Of a stretch of DNA of 64,000 nucleotides, positions 31,282 through 39,431 are shown piece by piece. The notes under the pieces are model-generated. The model was not told the origin of the DNA, did no database searches, and saw only the letters and a program-made list of their open reading frames with translations. The DNA comes from Candidatus Brocadiia bacterium (GTDB taxonomy: Bacteria; Planctomycetota; Brocadiia; SM23-32), in contig JBKHIT010000017.1 in assembly GCA_046538485.1 (NCBI GenBank), positions 17,886-81,885 of the forward strand, in the 5' to 3' direction. Positions within the stretch are counted from its first letter, which is position 1, and the number at the start of each line of letters is the position of its first letter. The translations under genes were made by a program, and so were the position numbers.

Positions 31282-32457
31282 TTACTCCTGGTCGGATTTT
31301 TTGTACAGAGGCGACATGTCTCGCAATCTCCGAACGATCGGCGGAAGGGCTTCGATGACCCTGTCGATCTCCTCTTCTGTGTTGTCGCGGCCCAGGGAAA
31401 ACCGGAGGCTACCGTGCGCAACAGCGGGATCGAGTCCCATAGCGGTGAGTACGTGGGAGGGATCGAGCGAGCCGGAAGTGCACGCCGAACCGGTGGAGAC
31501 GGCGATGCCCTGGCTGTCGAGGGTCAACAACATCGACTCGCCTTCTACAAACTCGAAGCTGATGTTCAAGATATTGGGCAGCCGGCGTTCTGGATGTCCG
31601 TTCAGGTAGGAATCTTCGATCGTATCCAGCAGTTTTTTTTCAAGTCGATCTCGCAGTCCGGCAAGTCGAGTGGACTGTTCTTCACGCTCCTCCTCGACCA
31701 GGCGAATCGCTTCGCCCAGTCCGACGGCTGAGGCAACGTTCTCTGTGCCGGACCGTTTGTTACGTTCGTGGTGGCCTCCAAAAAAGAGCGGGGAAAACCG
31801 CGTCCCTTTCCGGACATACAGCGCGCCGACACCTTTCGGGCCGTAAATCTTGTGGCCGGAAATTGATAGCAAATCCACACCGAGCTCATCAACAGCCACC
31901 GGTATCTTCCCGACGGCCTGCACGGCGTCGGTATGAACGAACACATTAGAGTCCCTGGCCAGCTCAGATATCTGCTTCAGCGGTTGTATCGTCCCCACTT
32001 CATTATTGGCCAGCATGACACTCACCAGCACCGTGTCCTCATCCAGCGCGTCTTTCAGAGCATCCAGTTCAACGATCCCGTCCGAATCAACCGGCAGGAC
32101 CGTGAGGCGGTATCCCTCCTTCTCCAGGTGCTCCGCGCAGCTCAGCACGGCATGGTGCTCGATGGAAGAGGTGATCAGGTGCGGGTCGGATTCCCCGGAG
32201 GCGCGCATAATCCCCTGGAGGGCAAGGTTGTCGCTCTCGGTCCCGCCACTGGTAAAATATATTTCTTCGGGAGATGCCCCGATAGCCGAGGCGACGTGGC
32301 GCCGGGCATCCTCGAGCGCCTTGCGCGCGTCCTGTCCGAACTTGTGGACGCTTGAGGCGTTTCCAAAGACCTCCGTGTAGTAGGGGACCATGGCGTCGAC
32401 GACTTTGGGACGCACCGGGGTTGTAGCCGCGTGATCAAGGTATATTTTGTCGCTCAT
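31282..32457 (-). CDS. iscS: Cysteine desulfurase (NifS/IscS type)
   Basis: YLDHAATTP, FTSGGTESDN, HTDAVQ, SGHKIYGPKG, STGSACTSGS. Confidence 0.97.
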   Translation of the reverse strand: MSDKIYLDHAATTPVRPKVVDAMVPYYTEVFGNASSVHKFGQDARKALEDARRHVASAIGASPEEIYFTSGGTESDNLALQGIMRASGESDPHLITSSIEHHAVLSCAEHLEKEGYRLTVLPVDSDGIVELDALKDALDEDTVLVSVMLANNEVGTIQPLKQISELARDSNVFVHTDAVQAVGKIPVAVDELGVDLLSISGHKIYGPKGVGALYVRKGTRFSPLFFGGHHERNKRSGTENVASAVGLGEAIRLVEEEREEQSTRLAGLRDRLEKKLLDTIEDSYLNGHPERRLPNILNISFEFVEGESMLLTLDSQGIAVSTGSACTSGSLDPSHVLTAMGLDPAVAHGSLRFSLGRDNTEEEIDRVIEALPPIVRRLRDMSPLYKKSDQE

Positions 32458-32548
32458 TTGTGTCTCCTTTTCCCGAACAAAACCGCGTTATTCAAACCTG
32501 TGAGAGGATCTCAATCTGAGCCAGTCAGCAAATTATGGGAAGTCTTAT

Positions 32549-32794
32549 TTATCCTCCGCTGACAGGTACCACAAACAGCACGGAAGCATCGTTTGGGACC
32601 GCCACTGTTTTCCAGTTTTGTCCCGCCGCAACTCCGTTCACAAAAGCGATGGCCAGCTGATCTTTCTCCAGGGAATCAACTTCGCTTCTCAGCAACTCGT
32701 CCCGCACATCCGCGAGGGTCTTGCCCTCGACTTCAAGACTTTTCTCGGTGTTATCGACTGCTGGCATGCCCATAACTTGAACTCTAACGGTCAT
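32549..32794 (-). CDS. MoaD/ThiS/SAMP-like ubiquitin-fold sulfur carrier (81 aa)
   Basis: FVNG and C-terminal VVPVSGG-stop; ATG overlaps the upstream stop (ATGA). Confidence 0.88.
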   Translation of the reverse strand: MTVRVQVMGMPAVDNTEKSLEVEGKTLADVRDELLRSEVDSLEKDQLAIAFVNGVAAGQNWKTVAVPNDASVLFVVPVSGG

Positions 32795-33600
32795 TCCCAT
32801 CTCTCCAGTATTTCCTGGTGCCGCTGGCAAAGACCCGCCTGCTCGCCGACCTGCGCACGGAGCAACTCCTCTTGCCAGTGCGCGTTGAACAGGCGGCACG
32901 ATTCGTCATCGCAAAAAGGTTCACCGGTCGCATGGTAAAACAACGCCTGAAACAGATAGCCTTTCAACGCCTCATGTGCCCGCGGATCATTTTCGCTCAA
33001 GTACCGTTCGCGCAGCTCATCGGGGATATTGGAACCGCCGGAACCGACTGAAGTGGCGGTGTAGTATTCGCGCGGCCGGGCCGGCGCCTGTACCAGACCA
33101 CTTGTAGAAATCAGAGATGGCACGCCGTAAAGCGAGACCCGCGCGTGGTACCGTCCGACTTTTGGGCGAGTCCCGAAAAGCTGATTGGTCAGCACAACGT
33201 GACAAATTGTGGGGAGGACCTCGTCGGCGTGGAGCAGTTGCGCGAAAGCCTCCAGCAGCATGTGGCCATCGTAGAGCAATCCAGAGGGTTTTTCCCCGCC
33301 GGCTGTGAGAAAGCGTTTCTCGTATTCCACCTCCCCGGGGATCGGATCATCCTCGTCGGCGGCCCGTTCAGGATCACGAACGCGGGCCTTCGCGATCCGC
33401 CGGGCCGTTTGCTCGCGCAGCTCCTCGCCAGCACGGGCCAAACATTCCGACAGAAAATCGTCGAAGACCTCAACATCCACGCTCGGGACCCGCCGGCGAA
33501 GAAATTCCGCGAGCGTTTCCACTTCTATTGAATCCGAACCCGTGCCATCATACAACCGCACGAATTTGGGCGGTGTGGCCCTGTAGGAAGAAGGGTCCAT
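32791..33600 (-). CDS. DUF6775-like putative metallopeptidase (archaemetzincin-related, HExxH not retained)
   Basis: YDG, RYHAR, STSGLVQAPARPREYY, GEPFCDDESCRLFNAHWQEEL...LCQRH, recalled from the mostly archaeal DUF6775/DUF7001-type proteins. Confidence 0.75.
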   Translation of the reverse strand: MDPSSYRATPPKFVRLYDGTGSDSIEVETLAEFLRRRVPSVDVEVFDDFLSECLARAGEELREQTARRIAKARVRDPERAADEDDPIPGEVEYEKRFLTAGGEKPSGLLYDGHMLLEAFAQLLHADEVLPTICHVVLTNQLFGTRPKVGRYHARVSLYGVPSLISTSGLVQAPARPREYYTATSVGSGGSNIPDELRERYLSENDPRAHEALKGYLFQALFYHATGEPFCDDESCRLFNAHWQEELLRAQVGEQAGLCQRHQEILERWE

Positions 33601-34394
33601 CAGCTTTTCTCCAACACATCCATGGCGACTTCAGCCGCTCTGCGCCCTGACAACAGCATAGCGCCGAACGTCGGGCCCATTCGCGGAAGGCCATAGACTG
33701 TGCTGACGGCCATCCCTGTCACGATGAGTCCCGGGTGAAGTTCCCCGGTATGCTCGACCACCAGATCTTCGGATTGATCGACCCACATTCCGCCGTATCC
33801 GGCGATATCAACGACACCTCTGTCGGAGAGTTTAGTAGCGACACAGGCGTCGTGACCGGTGGCGTCGATAACCACGCGGGATTCCAGTGCGACCGGGTCG
33901 ACGCAGGTTATCTGGCGTGGTAGAGACTGAACCGGGGTCCAGTTGATAACCGCACCGGCCACTCGCCCTTCTTCCCGAAGAACGACGTCCTCGAAAACGG
34001 TCATATTGGAGATTTTGACGCCGGCATCACAGGCGGCGCCGATCAGTTTCGAGCACGCGTGGGGACCGTCCGCCACGTGCAATCCCTCCGTCTTTTCCTC
34101 GTGCGGCACACCCAGTTCGTCCAGAATCTGGTCGGCCGGGGTACGGACAGTGAGCTTATTCATCAGGTAACCCCCGAGCCAGAAGCCACCGCCGAGGTAA
34201 TTATTTCGCTCGACAATCAGGGTCTTAACGCCCGCCTGAGCGAGTGTTCGGCCGGCCATCAGACCCGAGGGGCCCGCTCCGATTATCAGGCAGTCGGTCT
34301 CGACGTACTCTTCAAGTTGAGACGAGAAAGCCCCGATAATTGCGCGGGTGACGTCTTTCTCGCCGGCTCGACTGAAAATGTGATTGTCTGACAT
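33600..34394 (-). CDS. thi4: Thi4-type thiazole (ADT) synthase, Cys-containing type
   Basis: [56 protein letters not shown]. Confidence 0.95.
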   Translation of the reverse strand: MSDNHIFSRAGEKDVTRAIIGAFSSQLEEYVETDCLIIGAGPSGLMAGRTLAQAGVKTLIVERNNYLGGGFWLGGYLMNKLTVRTPADQILDELGVPHEEKTEGLHVADGPHACSKLIGAACDAGVKISNMTVFEDVVLREEGRVAGAVINWTPVQSLPRQITCVDPVALESRVVIDATGHDACVATKLSDRGVVDIAGYGGMWVDQSEDLVVEHTGELHPGLIVTGMAVSTVYGLPRMGPTFGAMLLSGRRAAEVAMDVLEKS

Positions 34395-34473
34395 TCGACA
34401 AAACTCCTTTCGAGCTGGTGCATCGTAAGTAAAGAGATTCGCTAATTTCGGATCCCGAGTCCTGGTAACTTAA

Positions 34474-35184
34474 TCAGATACCCGCTCCTTCCTCCAATGA
34501 CCCGACCGGTTCCCGATCGAAGAACTCCTCTCGAGTCCCGGTCGTTGCGGTTGCACGTTCGAACGATTCGAGCTGTTCGCGCAACTCCTTCTGTTCTGCG
34601 GCGAGCCTGTGGATAATTCCGCTGAGCGGGTCGGGCAGGTCGGCGTGATGGAGCATATCCTCTGCGCTGGGTTTTTCATCCACCGTCCTGCCGGGGACTC
34701 CGACCACGGTTGCTCCGTCGGGGACGGACCTGATGACGACGGAGCCGGCTCCGATTCGGGCGTCGGAACCGACCTCGATCGGCCCGAGCAGTATTGCTCC
34801 GGCCCCCATTACAACATGATCGCCTATCGTGGCGTGTCGTTTCTTTTTCTGCAGAGACGTCCCGCCGAGCACAACACCTTGATACATCAGCACATCGTCG
34901 CCGATTTCGGCGGTCTCCCCGATCACCACACCCATACCGTGATCAATGAAGAAACGTCTCCCGATTTCGGCTCCGGGATGGATCTCGATTCCCGTGAGGA
35001 ACCGTCCCACATGGGACAGAATCCGACCGAAAAGTTTCAGATGGTGTTCCCAGAGCCAGTGGCCAATTCGGTGCAACCAGATCGCATGGAGTCCGGGGTA
35101 GCACAGGAGTACCTCAAGAATGCTGCGCGCCGCAGGATCGCGATCAAAGACAGTTTTAATGTCCTCTCTGATCCTCTTGAACAT
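34474..35184 (-). CDS. cysE: Serine O-acetyltransferase
   Basis: [35 protein letters not shown], hexapeptide repeats, LPDP. Confidence 0.97.
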   Translation of the reverse strand: MFKRIREDIKTVFDRDPAARSILEVLLCYPGLHAIWLHRIGHWLWEHHLKLFGRILSHVGRFLTGIEIHPGAEIGRRFFIDHGMGVVIGETAEIGDDVLMYQGVVLGGTSLQKKKRHATIGDHVVMGAGAILLGPIEVGSDARIGAGSVVIRSVPDGATVVGVPGRTVDEKPSAEDMLHHADLPDPLSGIIHRLAAEQKELREQLESFERATATTGTREEFFDREPVGSLEEGAGI

Positions 35185-35202
35185 CGATCTCTCCTCGTTG
35201 CC

Positions 35203-36126
35203 TCACTCGAAAAGCCATGTTGTCAAATAACGTTCGCCGGTGTCGCAGACAACGGTCACGATCTGTTTGCCTTCATATTCTTCCCGTTCGGCAAGTCGCA
35301 ACGCTGCGCAGACATTCGCTCCGCTGGAAATGCCACCCAGGATCCCTTCCTTCTCGGCGAGCAGGCGGGCCGTCCGTGCCGCATCGTCATCGGTCATTGT
35401 CATGACCTCGTCGATAAGGTCCTTGCGAAGCACGTCGGGAATGAAACCAGCTCCGATACCCTGGATTTTGTGGGCCCCGGGGTCGCCCCCCGATATGACG
35501 GGGGAGGTTTCGGGCTCGACGGCGACGATCTGGACGTCGGGATTCCGGTCTTTCAGAACCTCCCCCACACCGGAGAGCGTCCCGCCGGTACCCACTCCAG
35601 CCACAAACGCATCGACCTTTCCGTCGGTATCTTTCCAGATTTCTTCCGCGGTGGCCTCCCGGTGGATTTTCGGATTAGCAGGATTTTTGAACTGTTGGGG
35701 CATAAAAGCATCGGGGAGTTCATCGACCAATTGCTCGGCTTTTTCCACCGCCCCGGGCATCCCATCGTCGCCCGGTGTGAGGACCAGTTCGGCGCCCAGA
35801 ATGCGCAGAAGCTGGCGGCGTTCCATACTCATACTATCCGGCATCGTCAATTTCAGCGTGTACCCCCTGGCTGCACAGATAAAGGCCAGGGCGATACCGG
35901 TGTTGCCGCTGGTCGGCTCTACGATAACCGTGTCCGGGGTAATCTCCCCGTTTTTCTCGGCCTCCCGAATCATACTCACCCCGATACGGTCTTTAACACT
36001 CGAAAGCGGGTTGAAGGACTCGACCTTAACAAGGACTCCGGCCTTAGCATCGGCTGTCAAACGGTTCAGGCGGATCAACGGGGTATTGCCAACTGTTTCT
36101 GTTATATCGTCGTAAATGTGACCCAT
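35203..36126 (-). CDS. cysK: Cysteine synthase A
   Basis: [47 protein letters not shown]. Confidence 0.98.
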   Translation of the reverse strand: MGHIYDDITETVGNTPLIRLNRLTADAKAGVLVKVESFNPLSSVKDRIGVSMIREAEKNGEITPDTVIVEPTSGNTGIALAFICAARGYTLKLTMPDSMSMERRQLLRILGAELVLTPGDDGMPGAVEKAEQLVDELPDAFMPQQFKNPANPKIHREATAEEIWKDTDGKVDAFVAGVGTGGTLSGVGEVLKDRNPDVQIVAVEPETSPVISGGDPGAHKIQGIGAGFIPDVLRKDLIDEVMTMTDDDAARTARLLAEKEGILGGISSGANVCAALRLAEREEYEGKQIVTVVCDTGERYLTTWLFE

Positions 36127-36180
36127 TTTGTCTCGTCCTTTTCTGAAGAAGTTTTTCCTCGTCGTAGCAGTTTTTGTTGC

Positions 36181-36624
36181 CTATATCTGATAACTTTGCA
36201 TGTCACTTTCGTGGTATTCTTCGTCCCGCTCAAGCAGATCCTGCAGGGTGGTTCTTTCAAGAACCTCCATGATCGCCTCTTTGACCTCCGCCCAGGTCTT
36301 GCGAGTGGTACACTTTTCTTTCAACGGACACACCTCCGGTTCGTCGACGCATTCAACGGGAGCCGCCGAACCCTCCACCGCCTCAAACACTTCGCTCAGA
36401 TGGCAGTCTCCGGGGGTTTGTGCCAGACAGTATCCGCCGTGAATACCGCGGACAGAACGAACGATACCGGCGGTCTTGAGCTGAGCCATGATGTGCTCGA
36501 GATATTTGGCGGATATATCCTGACGCTCGGCAATCTCACGCACCGATAGATTGTCCTCGGGGTAGGCCCGCGCCAGTTCAACCAGCGCCCGCGTCCCATA
36601 CCGCATTTTGGTTGAAAACTGCAT
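36181..36624 (-). CDS. Rrf2 family regulator (IscR-like, three Cys)
   Basis: STKMRYG, YLEHI, SVRGIHGGY, ECVDEPEVCPLKEKC; heads the sulfur gene cluster. Confidence 0.95.
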   Translation of the reverse strand: MQFSTKMRYGTRALVELARAYPEDNLSVREIAERQDISAKYLEHIMAQLKTAGIVRSVRGIHGGYCLAQTPGDCHLSEVFEAVEGSAAPVECVDEPEVCPLKEKCTTRKTWAEVKEAIMEVLERTTLQDLLERDEEYHESDMQSYQI

Positions 36625-36636
36625 TCCATCCTCCTC

Positions 36637-36692
36637 TCCTATTATTCCTATTATACAACTATGATTTTAGCAGCGATTGTTTAATTTGTCAA
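36637..36692 (-). promoter_or_regulatory. Promoter and probable Rrf2 operator of the sulfur cluster
   Basis: Minus strand TTGACA (36692-36687), 17 bp, TAAAAT (36669-36664); overlapping imperfect palindrome ATTCCTAT-TATACA-ACTATGATTT and direct repeat TCCTATTAT x2. Confidence 0.72.
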
Positions 36693-36826
36693 ATAACACT
36701 CTTTTAGACATTATCAAAGAGGGTTTTTGGCCGACAAACGGGTAGCCTGCCGAAGTCATTTGCGTTGATTGTAACGATTAGTTGTGCAGCAGTGCGAATA
36801 GGGAAAAAATTTACCCCAAGAACGTG

Positions 36827-36903
36827 CTCTCAGCGGCTCTGGGGACTGTGTGGGACCGCAGCACGCCGATTTTTACCCCGGAACCCCCAAAATGAAAGTG
36901 TGC
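36827..36903 (+). repeat. Dispersed element X, left module (copy 1)
   Basis: 36859-36903 is identical over 45 bp to 63625-63669 (CAGCACGCCGATTTTTACCCCGGAACCCCCAAAATGAAAGTGTGC); upstream flanks also similar. Confidence 0.9.
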
Positions 36904-36975
36904 GGTATCCAACGTTTTCCCGAACGACACAGCGGTGAGTAAAACGCACCTCCGGCCCGTTTTAACACACCGCAA

Positions 36976-37000
36976 TCCACCGCGAGTCGCGGTGGACTAC
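36976..37000 (-). repeat. GTAG-type REP-like palindrome
   Basis: Minus strand GTAG-TCCACCGCG-ACT-CGCGGTGGA. Confidence 0.6.
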
Positions 37001-37010
37001 ATTAAGGTTG

Positions 37011-37083
37011 CTGCAGTGTACTTAGTGAGCTCTGATGGCGAAACTGGTATTCCCGGAAATTGTATCCCCCACGGGGGGCGCCG
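37011..37083 (+). repeat. Dispersed element Y (copy 1)
   Basis: CTGCAGTGTACTTAGTGAGCTCTGATGGCGAAACTGGTATTCCCGGAAATTG aligns to the reverse complement of 44512-44584. Confidence 0.75.
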
Positions 37084-37172
37084 CTGGCGCGCGGGACATC
37101 GCACGGTCCGGTGCCGCCGACATCCCGGGGTTGCGGGAAATGTCTCGTGCCGCAAGACGCAGCAGGTTTGTG

Positions 37173-37276
37173 GTGGGCCTTCAGCCCACTTTTTCTCAAT
37201 GCACACCTGTACCCCAGGGCTCCGACGGCCTGCGGCCCCCGTCACCCCGGGCTATTATATACTGCCCTTTCAGGGC
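37173..37276 (+). repeat. REP-like element Z (CACCCCGGG...GCCCtttcaGGGC)
   Basis: Hairpins GTGGGC-CTTCA-GCCCAC and GCCC-TTTCA-GGGC flank a CCCCAGGG...CCCCGGG stem; same layout at 52108-52171 and 55891-55954. Confidence 0.6.
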
Positions 37277-37594
37277 AATGAACGGCAGGGCGCGCTCGGC
37301 GATAACCCCTTGCATCTGCGTGGCATCCCGGATACGTGGAGCCCCGGTGGGTTTCCCCGCTTTTCTCAAGCGGCGCCAGTGCTGCAGCTGCGCGGAAGCC
37401 AGGCGCAGGAGTATTTTCATACTTCAAGTGCAGGCTGACAAAGCAGATGCAGTGCTGGCGTCGCTCCCGGAGGGCGAACCGCTGTTTTTCGAATTACAGA
37501 CTGTGTACTGAGATTAGATGCGAAATATAGTGCAAAGTCTTTTTGGATGCCGTTTATAATAATTATTTCTTTAGGTTCGTGAGAAATGCGGGTT

Positions 37595-37897
37595 CCGGGA
37601 GATCTGTCGGCTGATAGTGCGCGTTCTGAACTCCAGCCTGCGGCTGAAGTCCAATCCGCTCGCGGCGATTGAGACTCGAGTTCAGCTGAGCCCGCCAGCG
37701 GCGGGCGAAACTGGACTTGAGGCGGACAAATGGAGGAAAGTTCGCCAACAAAAAAACTTCTCTCCTCGCAGCCAGGTCGCTGACCGGCAGGCATCTTACC
37801 TGTCAACGGTTCAGTTGCGAGGGACTCCGGCGTTCCCAGGATGGGGAACGGGATCCGGGGTGGCTCAATCCAGCATTCTGTTCCGAAGGAAAATTAA
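37595..37897 (+). repeat. Dispersed element X, palindromic core and right module (copy 1)
   Basis: 37671-37729 identical (59 bp) to 63747-63805; 37802-37897 nearly identical to 63905-64000; core also at 55236-55436 on the minus strand. Confidence 0.92.
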
Positions 37898-38137
37898 GGA
37901 ATGTGCGCCCCGTCCGAGGGCAGAGTCAACCGGGATTTTTGGGGAATGTTCGGCTGTCGGGCAGCGAAAAGACCTACAGCGCAAATTCCTTGCCGGGCAT
38001 TGCATATGGTGTAGAAACCGATTATTCTAACGTTACAGGGTATACAGAGAGTCAGAATTTTTTATCCTTCCGGGCGCGAAAATGGGGGGGGTTGTTTGCC
38101 CAAAAGATCGCCCCGGTTTTCACAAAGGAAAAATACG

Positions 38138-39422
38138 ATGAAAACGGTATGTGAGGACCGAAGCAATGGTTCCATGGTATCAGATACAATCACAGGGTAT
38201 CAGAAGATTTGGATCGATTCAGGACAAATTCTTCTTATCATCTTTGTGTGCGCATTCCTCGCAACTGCCGCTCAGGGCAAAGATGTCACCGAAAAAGTAG
38301 AGACCGTCGGGAAACCGTTCAAAAAACCGGCATACGGACGAAATGTCTGGGACATGCGTCTGTTCAACAAACGTATTTATTTTGGTCATGGCAACAGCAG
38401 CAACAAAGGTCCGGCCCAAAACGTGGGTCCAATTCCCATAGTTGTCTACGATTTAGAAGACGAATCGTTCCGGAAAGTATTCACGGTCTCCGAGGAGCAA
38501 ATCGATATTTTCCGGTTGATTGATGGAACACTTTACGTTCCAGGCCACGACCCGAAGGACTCCTGGAAACTGGGAAATTTTTACCGGCTCGAGAGAGATG
38601 GCTGGAAGAAATATCGGACCATCCCCGGTGGCATTCATTGTTACGATATGTATAAAAAACACAACGTGCTTTTTGCAGCCCTTGGTTCTAAAAAAAATGC
38701 CGTATACATGTCCGGGGACAACGGCGCCACGTGGAAAACATGTCCCCACGCTGGTTCGGGTCGACGCTACGTTTTTTTCGAAGTCAACAACACTTTATTT
38801 ACCATGGCTCAGGTCATTAAGGTCAAGGGCAGAAAGCGATTGGGGAGCGGTGTCACCGGCTTCAATCCCCGTACAGGGAGATGGAAGGTTAGAAAAAAGA
38901 TCAATTTCGACAAACTTTTCCCAAATGCACCGGATTATATCTTCCCAAGCGACAAAAACGTTGTTTCCGCACGTGTTGCCCGCCCTGTTCTGTTCCGAAA
39001 CAAGACTCTCTATCTCGGGGTGAAAGCGGTGAACGACCACCAGTGGGACCCCTTCGGTTTCTACATCGCTACCGTCAGAGGAGGCAAAGGATACACGGTC
39101 CATTGGCCCCCGGGGGAAAGCGATCAAACCATGGGACATTTTGGTCAGGCGCGACGGCGTCTACGCCCTCTTCAGTGAAAAAGTTGGAGCGGGCACTTTC
39201 CGGCTATTGGTGGCAAAAAGCCGCAGAGGTTTCAGATGGCAGAGGCTTTTCATTTTGGAACAACCAACTTTTGCCCGCTCCTTTGAGGAAGCGGACGGCG
39301 ATTTTTACCTGGGTCTCGGGACGGATGTGGGGCGTGAATACAATGAAGACTCCTACACCGACACCGTCCGCCCGGAATCCGGCACAATTCTCCGGGTTCC
39401 AAAATCAGCCTACTCAGACTGA
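38138..39422 (+). pseudogene. Secreted beta-propeller-like hypothetical protein with a +1 frameshift in C5G5A3 near 39106-39119
   Basis: Signal-like segment ILLIIFVCAFLATAAQG; Asp-box-like SGDNGATW; removing one G joins HWPPG to KAIKPWDILVRRDG...PTFARSFEEADGDFYLGLG (ORF 39141-39422); start uncertain. Confidence 0.7.
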
Positions 39423-39431
39423 CACCCGAGC

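Noticed and set aside
34395..34473. TPP riboswitch upstream of thi4, or SAM riboswitch upstream of the met genes
   Set aside because: Gaps are short and lack the CTGAGA/TPP or ATC.AGAG/SAM-I consensus elements
34609..36549. 646-aa plus-strand ORF
   Set aside because: Antisense shadow of cysE, cysK and rrf2 with no motifs of its own
36935..38154. Short ORFs across the repeat mosaic (also 55220-56060 and 63580-63909)
   Set aside because: Shared peptide strings such as AGSAELESQSPRADWTS merely translate the DNA repeats; frames are not conserved between copies and no transposase motif is present
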